Part shown: positions 23,601 through 32,052 of the stretch, one piece after another | Position numbering within the stretch: the stretch's first letter is position 1 | Layout of the letters: every line of letters begins with the position of its first letter | Assembly: GCA_048213135.1 (NCBI GenBank) | Contig: PS015767.1 | Coordinates: 19,920-51,971 of the forward strand | Reading direction: 5' to 3' | Source: Reclinomonas americana ATCC 50394 | Lineage: Eukaryota | DNA: 32,052 bases | Notes under the pieces: generated by a model | What the model was told of the DNA's origin: nothing | Seen by the model: only the letters and a program-made list of their open reading frames with translations | Databases searched by the model: none | Translations under genes and position numbers: made by a program

Positions 23601-26600
23601 CAGTCACGTTGCTCGCCGGCGGCGGTGCGGAAAGCGCCGCTGGCGCTGCTCCATGCTTGTCGTGTTCCGATTCCTCCAGCACCTCGTCGATCAGACCGCC
23701 AAAGAGCTGCAGCAGAGAGTGGGTGGGTGAGCAACACGTGACACTGATTGGGCAAGCGATAAGTGACCAACCCCCGAAGGTTTCTTCTTGGCCGCAGTCG
23801 CCGACGCAGTCGGCTTGTGCTCATCGTGTGGTGGTGCAGCAACAGGGGCAGCAGTTTTCTTCGATTCCACATCGCTGTCCGAGTTCTCCTCGTCGGATTC
23901 GGAGTCAGAGCCATGCTTCTTGTCTTTCTGCTTGCCACCCTTCCTCTTCTTCTTCCCCTTGTCGTGCTTGCCACCGTGTCCCTTGTCGGAGGAGGGCGTC
24001 TGCGAGGCAACATCAGTGAGCAATGGGCTATCGCAGGAGAGGAGAGACACAAAAACAATCATCGTCACCTTTGCGTGATCCTCATCGCTGGAGTCGGAAT
24101 CGCTGTCGCTGTCGTGCTTCGCCTTTGGCGAATGCTCGTCATGCTTCGCTGCTGGCGGCGCAGGCGGATGCTCGTCGTGCTTCGCAGCTGGCGGCGCAGG
24201 CGGGTGCTCGTCGTGCCTCGCAGCTGGTGGCGCAGGCGGATGCTCGTCGTGCCTCGCAGCTGGCGGCGCAGGCGGATGATCGTCGTGCTTCGCAGCTGGT
24301 GGCGCAGGCGGATGATCGTCATGCTTCGCAGCTGGTGGCGCAGGCGGGCGGTCGTCGTGCTTCGGTGCCGGTGGCGCAGGCGGGTGCGCTTCATGTTTCG
24401 GCGCCGGTGGATGCGGATGATCATCATGCTTCGAAGCTGGTGGCGCAGGCGGATGCTCGTCGTGCTTCGAAGCTGGTGGCGCAGGCGGATGATCGTCATG
24501 CTTCGCAGCTGGCGCAGGCGGGCGGTCGTCGTGCTTCGCAGTTGGCGGCGACTGCGGATGATCATCGTGCTTCGCCTTTGGCGCATGCTTGTCGTGCTCC
24601 GCCTTCGGCGAGTGCTTCTCGTGTTTCGAATCAGGCGAGTGCTTGTCGTGCTTCGCCTTTGGAGAATGCTTCTACACGCAACATGTGAGCATCTGAGGCG
24701 AGCGAGTGCGCGAAATTAAGCGTCGTACCTTCTTCTCATGGTGGTCTTCGTCGCTCGAATACGAGTCACTGTCGTGACTGCTGTCGTCTTTCTTGTGCTT
24801 TGCCGCCACCGGAGCCTGTCAGGTGCAGCCAAGGTGAGACATACACACACACATGCACCAAAGTAAGCAGCACTGTCCGTCAAATCGTGTACCTGAGCAG
24901 GAGCCGGCGCAGGCGCAGGTGCTGGTGCAGGAGCAGGCGAGTGATGCACCTGGGTGACGACAGGCTGCGCGGGAGTAACCGGTGTCTGCCGCGTGTCACA
25001 GTGTGGTCAGCAAGCAACAAGAACCACGTGGGGGCGGTCAGTCATCACGGACCTTCGCATGATGATCATCATCGCTCGAATATGAGTCGCTGTCGTGATG
25101 ATGCTTCTTATCGTCATGCTTCTTTTTCTTCTCCGATTCCGCTGCCTTGTCCTGTGAAACCATGCATGTCAACGCGAGAAGCACAACATACACGTGAAGA
25201 GAAGAATCCGCGTACGCACATGATGCTGATGATGGTGGTCATCCTTCTTGGGAGACATGTGCTTCCGCTTCTTGTGGTCGTCGTCGTCGTCGTCGCTGTC
25301 GTCGTCGTCACTGCTGTTGTGGACTACGAATGTCCCGTCACTGGTGGCCTCTGACAACCTGCGCCGCGCCGCCAGTGGATCGGTCGGTTGACGGAGACCC
25401 TCGTCGGAGGCGTGGTGCGCGTGGTCGGAATTCTTCAGTGCTTTTTCGATACGGGCCAGTGGGTCTGGTCCGTCGCTACCCAAGTCCAGCGAACCTGAGG
25501 GGCGATGATGCTTGCCGCCATTCGTCGGTGTTGAGTCTGACGAGTCTCCTGGAGGGTGCGGCGGCGGCACTGGAGCCGGGGCGGGGACAGGGGCCTTCGG
25601 GGCCTCTGGGGATTGCGGGTGCTTGTTGGCATGTGAGGGCGAGGTCTTGTGCTCCGGCTGCTTCGGCGCCTCTTCGGCTGGTCGGCGGCCGAGGAGGGTC
25701 TCCCAAGCGTCCTTGCCATTGGGGCCTTGACTGTCGTCGTTCATACTATCCGGGCTGTTACGACCGGAGCCGCCATTGGCCACTGTGGAAAAAGGTAAGC
25801 ACGAAGCAACGACATGCATGTATGCACACGGGTCCACGCAACGCTGTGAGAGGCTCGAGCGCGCGGCCTTGTCGATCGGCGTCACAGTAAAGTATGGCAC
25901 GAACTCGCCGCGAGCAGCGACAATGCGCAGAGTCTCGCGCAGTCGTGTCTGCTCCTCCTGCTCCTGGAACACGGTGCGCTGTGCGCTGTACACGCGCCGC
26001 ACAAAGGCATTCTCCTTGCCAGTCTTTTGTGCCTGAGTGTTACAAGCGTCTGAGTTTTGTGGCATGCCCTCACCCGCGCACACGCGTTCACGTACCGCCT
26101 GCAAGTGTGTCTGCGGCAGCAGGAATGGATTCCGGCGGGCCTTCAGTCCCATGAGAACCGAGACGTGAGTGCGATCAAAGAACTCGAGATCAGTCTGCAT
26201 CTTCTCCAGGTAGTTCATGCCGTTCCACAAGAATGGCTGCTTGAGTGTAAGTCCCTCCTGTGCAATGCATCGTGAGTACCATCGCACCCAGTCGCGACTC
26301 TGCAAGCATTCGACGAACCCGCCAGTGGATAATCGCCTCAGTGGTCTCCAGTGTGGCCTTGCGCACTGCGGACAACGCATTTTCGATCTCGTGACTAAAC
26401 ACGCGTGTCTCCAGCGCCCTGCGCATCATCACACCAGCAGTTAGTACAACAACGCACAGTCAGAGAGACCAACGTGAGCACACACACACACAACTGCGTA
26501 ATGTCCGACGACAGCTCCAACAGGTGCGTCAGGTCGCTGAGCCGCTGCTCACGCAGCTCAACGGACTTGAGGACGTCAAGGGTCCGTGATCGATGCTGCA

Positions 26601-27769
26601 GCAGACGAATGACTTCCAGGTGCAGAGCCGACAGGTTTTGCGCCGAAATCACGTCAAAGTACTCGGCAGCAAAGTCCTCCATGTCCTCAGTGGGAATGTG
26701 CAACTCCTCCCACAGCGACACAATTCTGCACGGTCGCGTTGACGTATCAGTGCATGCATGCACACACACACATCAGCCGCCATGGTGAAACGACGCAACT
26801 TGGCCTTCGATCGCTCAAATGTCTGCTCGAGTGACTCGTGAGAATCCTCAATCGGCGTCAACTGGCGACCTCGCAGCGGCTTGTGTGGGATCACCGGCTC
26901 GTCCTCAAACCAGTTATTGGGACGGCTGCGAGGAGCAGAGTGACCGCGCGGCGGCAGCGGGCGTTGCGGACGCGCACTGTGACTGCGACCACGCAGCGGT
27001 GCCCTGGCCGACGTCGGTGCACCGTACACGAGCGTGGCTGCCACCGTCGAGTTGGGTGCTCGCGTCGAGGACGCTGAGCGTGTACGGCCCTGACGAGCAG
27101 CTGCCGTGCCGTTTCCAGCAGCAGCGGCACGTCCAGGCACCGGAGACGACGGCGCCGAGTCGCCACCATACGGAGCCGCCAGTGGCGGGGGCGGCATGTC
27201 GCCACCACCGCTGTACATTGGCGATGTCTCCTGACGATGCCGCCTGCCCAGCGCCACACGCTGCTGCTTGTGATAGTTGCGCCAGAACTCATCGGTCTTG
27301 GTGAAAATGCAGTGCCGATCGAGAAGCGCGTTGTACTGTGGAATGCGGTCCAAGTGATGCCGATAGTCCCAGCCGGACTCGGCCACCACCAGGTTCGAGC
27401 TGCCGCAAACACAGCGTCGAATGAGGCGACAAACCCCAGCAAGCAAACAAAAGAACGGCGGCTATACCTGGGCGAGGGACCGCGGCCACTGCGAGGCTGA
27501 CTCGACGATCGCTGGCTCGTCGCACCTCCGACACCGCCGACAGGAGCATTGCGCGCCCCCAACGGATGCATGTACGAGCCGCCGGCGGGACTGGGCGACG
27601 TGCCGCGCTTACTTACGTGCTGAGTGGGGAATCGCTGCTGCTGCTGCTGCTGCTGTTGTGATTGTGGTGGCGGCTGTTGATGTTGCGGATAGTGAACGTG
27701 ATGAGAGGGGCTGCTCTGGTCCGACATGGACGACGACGACGTCATGCTGCTGTCTGCGCTGCGATTCAT
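20656..27769 (-). CDS. Large multi-exon protein: N-terminal globular/helical domain, His/Asp/Pro repeats, 11-aa Ala/Glu/Lys helical repeat, C-terminal IQ-like motifs
   Basis: ATG at 27769 gives MNRSADSS... Ordered segments: RIPQYNALLDRHC, IVSLWEELHIP, VRKATLETTEAIIHWR|...PFLWNGMNYLEKMQTDLEFF...NPFLLP. Exons chain in frame through the repeats to ...AGERIQAAYLAFKSREEA* (TGA 20658-20656). Confidence 0.7.
21883..22716 (-). repeat. Coding 33-nt tandem repeat, about 25 copies of ARKAAE(A/E)(E/Q/K)AEA
   Basis: Visible in ORF 21757..22935(-), with synonymous variation between units. Confidence 0.95.
24117..24560 (-). repeat. Coding ~36-nt tandem repeat, about 12 copies of AKHD(E/D)HPPAPPA
   Basis: Minus-strand unit GCG AAG CAC GAC GAG CAT CCG CCT GCG CCG CCA GCT. 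Its frame is fixed by phase-0 flanking introns and is not listed in the ORF track. Confidence 0.85.
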
Positions 27770-28226
27770 CTTGTCGACTGGGGAGAAAGAGAGACACTCT
27801 CTCGCCGAGCGCGTGCGTGCGTGTGAATCGTCGCAAGTCGCTGCTGCGAATAAAAACAACAGTCAGCCTAAAAACGCTGCATCACTTGCGCAGTGTGATG
27901 CCTCTCTTCACCCTCGCACACGTATTGTAAAGGTGCTCTTCTTTCTCTTTCTTTCTCGTGTTGTCACAGACATTCACACGCAGCGTGTGCGAGAGAGAGA
28001 GAGAGAGCAATCGCGTGAACAGGAGCAAGGGCAACGTCAAGTGCAGAACGGTCACGAATCGACGCGCACACTCACACACGCTCGCACACACACTCTTCCC
28101 TCTTTCTCACTCACTCGCACCAAACTCACCTCACGCGCAGAGATCGGGTGTTTGATAGCGAAACTCATGACAACGGACGGAAAATTCGTCTTCGGTTTCG
28201 CCGTTTCCGTACGCCTCCTTTTTTTA

Positions 28227-28402
28227 CTACAAGAAATCAAGCATGGCTTCTGTGGCGCGTCGCTTCTGCAGCTGTTCCTGCTTGCTGTGCTGCCGTGTGT
28301 TGTGATCGATGGTTTGCAGGTGCTCCTCGAATTGCGCCACCAGCAGCGACACTGCACTGTCGGCCTCCGATGGTCCTTGTACGCGGCGTGCGCACTCCAA
28401 CG

Positions 28403-28491
<89 letters not shown>

Positions 28492-31400
28492 TAGGAGGAG
28501 GANNNNNNNNNNNNNNNNNNNNNNNNNNNNNNNNNNNNNNNNNNNNNNNNNNNNNNNNNNNNNNNNNNNNNNNNNNNNNNNNNNNNNNNNNNNNNNNNNN
28601 NNNNNNNNNNNNNNNNNNNNNNNNNNNNNNNNNNNNNNNNNNNNNNNNNNNNNNNNNNNNNNNNNNNNNNNNNNNNNNNNNNNNNNNNNNNNNNNNNNNN
28701 NNNNNNNNNNNNNNNNNNNNNNNNNNNNNNNNNNNNNNNNNNNNNNNNNNNNNNNNNNNNNNNNNNNNNNNNNNNNNNNNNNNNNNNNNNNNNNNNNNNN
28801 NNNNNNNNNNNNNNNNNNNNNNNNNNNNNNNNNNNNNNNNNNNNNNNNNNNNNNNNNNNNNNNNNNNNNNNNNNNNNNNNNNNNNNNNNNNNNNNNNNNN
28901 NNNNNNNNNNNNNNNNNNNNNNNNNNNNNNNNNNNNNNNNNNNNNNNNNNNNNNNNNNNNNNNNNNNNNNNNNNNNNNNNNNNNNNNNNNNNNNNNNNNN
29001 NNNNNNNNNNNNNNNNNNNNNNNNNNNNNNNNNNNNNNNNNNNNNNNNNNNNNNNNNNNNNNNNNNNNNNNNNNNNNNNNNNNNNNNNNNNNNNNNNNNN
29101 NNNNNNNNNNNNNNNNNNNNNNNNNNNNNNNNNNNNNNNNNNNNNNNNNNNNNNNNNNNNNNNNNNNNNNNNNNNNNNNNNNNNNNNNNNNNNNNNNNNN
29201 NNNNNNNNNNNNNNNNNNNNNNNNNNNNNNNNNNNNNNNNNNNNNNGGGGAAAATTTTATGACAGGACCAACGTACCTCGTCGCTCAGCGAGCTTGCCAG
29301 ATTGTTCAACGCCACCAGCGTGGACGGGTGCGTGGCACCGAGGAGCGTGCGTCGGCCAGCGAGACACTGCCGCAACAAGGTACTGGCTTCGACGTGTCGT
29401 TGCAGAACGGTGAAGACGCTCGCCAGCTTCGCCATCGTGGCCAGCGTCTGCAAATGCTGGTCTCCCAACAACTTGCGACGACCGGCCAGAGCCTCCTCAA
29501 ACACCTGCGCCGCCTGCTCGTACTGCTCGAGATGCGACAGACAGGCAGCGAGGTTGGACATGGCAGTCAGCACCACCGGGTGCATGCTGCCGAACAGCCG
29601 CTGCGCCACCGCCACCGACTCCTGCAACATGGCCAACGCCTCGTCGTGCCGCGAGTGGCGCATCAACTCCGACGCCATGTTGTTCATCGAGGCCACCGTG
29701 TCGGGGTGTCCGGCCCCGAGGACCTTGATACGCGCATCAAGAACCTCCTTGTGCAACTCGGTGGCATCGGCCGTTCGACCGAGAGCCGTCATGCACAGCG
29801 CCAAGTTGTGCGCGGTCATGAGCGTGGACGGATGCTGCGCACCAAGTACTTCACGGCGCAGATTGAGGCAGTCCGAGTTCAATTGCAGTGCCAGCTGCGC
29901 ACCAGTGCCATCAGCACAACACACGAGGCAGCCCAAGTAGGAAAAAACACGCAAACCTCAAACTGCCCGAGCTCGTATCGCGCCTGCGCAAGGTTGTGCA
30001 AGCACGACAGCGTCGTCGGGTGCTCGGCGCCAAGCATGCGACGCGAAATCATAATGCACTGCTGCAAGATGCGGGTGGCTTCGGGAAGGCGCGCCAGTTT
30101 GACGTACGCCGCAGCCACATTGTTGAGCGAGGCCAGCGTATCCACGTGATTGTCGCCGAGGGCGCGACGGCGAATCTCGAGACACTGCTCGTGCAGTTTG
30201 CAGGCACGCTGATAATCACCACACGCAGCGTACGCCAGTCTGCGCGACACCAAACAGAGCGTGAGAAACTGCGCGATCCAATCCATGCGACTGCCACGCA
30301 CCCCAGATTGTTCAGCGTCGGCACCGTGGAGTCGAGGGCCTCCTCGCCAAACTCCCGACGGCGCACCTCCAGGCACCGCTCAAACACACGCACCGCCTCC
30401 TCCAGATGCCCCTGCGCGAGCAGCGTGCTGGCCAAGTCACTCATCGACGATAACGTGTCGGGGTGCACGTCGCCGAGCAGCTCCGTTCGCAAGTGCAATG
30501 CCAGTCGCTGCAGGCGCTCGGCGGCGTCCAGTTGCCCGCCGCGAAAGAGCAAGCGGGCCGTGTTTGACCACACACTCCACTGCAGCGTGGCATTATCGAT
30601 GCACACAGAGTGGTTCTCGATGACCTGCACACAAACGCACAAACGCACACACGCGGTATTACATCACCAGCACTTGGCGCAGACAACACACGTGCGTCAC
30701 TCACTTGTCCGATACGCAGCAACAGATCGCCGACCTTGGCGTGCTTGGCGCTCTGGCCCAAGACGAAGAACACATACAGCTCGATGAAACGCGTCCAGTG
30801 CGCCACCGCGAAATCGCTGACATGTGGAAACTGCTCGAGCGACGTCCACAAGAATAGCAGCTGCGGCTGGAAGGTGACCCAGATCTGATCGTCGCGCTTG
30901 AAGGCCAGACGCCACACCGCGGTGATCCACTGTCCCAGCACAACACAGGCGTTCTTCACCAAATGGCGACAGTTGTAGGGGCACAGTCGCTCAAACAGCT
31001 TCCAGAACTGCCCGTGCAAGTGGTACGACGGGCTTCGCGGTGGTGGCTGACCGAGTGCCAGCTCACGGGCCTTGTCTCGCGCCTCCGCCGCTCCCTGATT
31101 TTTCGCCGGCGCTGCTTGTGCATACTCACTGCCGACGGCAGTGTCGTCGCCGGTGGGTGTGATTCCCTCCTCGATTTCCGCCGCACGCTGCGCGTGTCAC
31201 CAATGGCCTCAATGTCAGGGTGCGCGTAGAGCACAGAAACGTACATGAAGGCTGCTTACCAGTCGCATGAGGGCGCGTTCCAGTAGCAGCGGCTCTTTGC
31301 GTACGGCATCGCGCACCAGCGCAAAGCGACGTGAGCACAGACTCAGATTTGCCGCCTCGGTGTCCACCAGCAACAATACGCTCTCTTGCATCAGCTTCTC

Positions 31401-32052
31401 AATGCGCTCTGCCACCTCCGCTTGCTCCTTTTCCGTGAACCCGCGCACTGCCTGTCGAGTGACTGCACCGACAAGCGCACATCCTCGTGTGGGTGGAAAG
31501 AGAATCGCTACGTGTACATAGTCGCTGAACAATACACACCTTTTCCACGCCGCAGTTTGATGGGCTTGTTTCCTCGAACACTCTCCTCCTGTGACGAGGT
31601 GCGGTCGGTGCTGAGCGGTGGCGCATCACGGTCGGTGCGCAGACTGGACAGCGGTTCCTGCATTGTGAAGCACGTGAGCCGTCGGCGACGACTCACCTGG
31701 CACACAAAAAAGAGACACACGGCTCACCTCCGACGCCGACAGCGTGTCCGCACGCAGCGAGGAGGGTGGTTCGCTAAAGCCAACATCCGACAGCATGCTC
31801 TCCACGAATGTTGCCGCATTGGGCGAAGGCAACGGTGACAATGGTCCCTGTGATGCAGTGCCAGGCACAGCGTGTGGAAACAGTCGATCGAGCACATCAT
31901 CAGTTGGCGGAGGAGCAGGTGTCGCCGCTCCTACCAGTATCATCCCGCTTGACGCTGGTGCGGGTCTCGGCAACGCCGCCGGCACTGCAGGCGGAGCCAC
32001 CAACATGGAGGCGTTTCGCTGCTGCTGCTGCTGCGCTGCTTCGCCCCCCACT
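28227..32052 (-). CDS. Kinesin-light-chain/NPHP3-type 42-aa TPR repeat protein; 5'-partial, multi-exon, spans a gap
   Basis: Repeated LGxxHPxTLxxxxNLA units, e.g. LLGDVHPDTLSSMSDLA, LGDNHVDTLASLNNVA, LGAEHPTTLSCLHNLA, LGAQHPSTLMTAHNLA, LGAGHPDTVASMNNMA. The presumed last exon 28403-28227 ends ATEAMLDFL*; its link across the gap is inferred. Confidence 0.85.
28405..28490 (+). repeat. (TG)n microsatellite next to the gap; (CA)n on the coding strand
   Basis: Perfect dinucleotide run seen directly. Confidence 0.97.
28503..29246. other. Assembly gap (N run)
   Basis: Run of N seen directly. Confidence 1.

Noticed and set aside
24117-24660. His-rich repeat as a nickel chaperone for the NiSOD
   Set aside because: It is about 17 kb away, with four unrelated genes in between, and nothing in the sequence links them.
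23763-24719. ~36-nt periodic array resembling CRISPR, and Arg/Trp-rich ORFs
   Set aside because: The units are tandem with no unique spacers and no cas genes. The spliced minus-strand frame (AKHDEHPPAPPA) explains the array.
27726-30149. 807-aa plus-strand ORF
   Set aside because: It is made of a microsatellite, the N gap and the antisense of the TPR gene.
31658-31727. Internal CAG|GTGAGT in a 70-nt intron, resembling a recursive splice site
   Set aside because: It is a single instance, the pieces (31 and 39 nt) are shorter than other introns here, and chance or an alternative acceptor explains it.
1-32052. Stop-codon reassignment, non-GT-AG introns or U12-type introns
   Set aside because: Every in-frame stop I traced falls in a GT-AG intron, TGA and TAG both terminate genes, and no RTATCCT-type donor was found at a junction.

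Overview
This is eukaryotic (protist-like), GC-rich, very gene-dense DNA with many short (mostly ~55-110 nt) GT-AG introns, so the ORF track is fragmented. Splicing by hand gives nine protein genes. In order: a 5'-partial hypothetical membrane protein (+), an RCC1-repeat protein (-), a six-intron nickel superoxide dismutase (sodN, -), a WDR7/rabconnectin-3-beta-like WD40 protein (-), a ubiquitin-like + Kelch protein (+), a helical-repeat + C-terminal TPR protein (-), a small putatively mitochondrial HTH-like protein (+), a large repeat-rich protein (-) and a 5'-partial kinesin-light-chain-type TPR protein (-). There are two assembly gaps. The most notable observations are: (1) an abundant class of 'shifted' 5' splice sites, non-G|GTTGCGT, i.e. 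the local GTGCGT consensus with one extra T; (2) an intron-rich eukaryotic NiSOD with a cleavable leader rather than a ubiquitin fusion, whose ATG lies only 10 nt after the upstream gene's stop; (3) extreme gene packing, A-runs directly after stop codons, and 6- and 11-nt microexons. All gene models are manual and have no transcript support.
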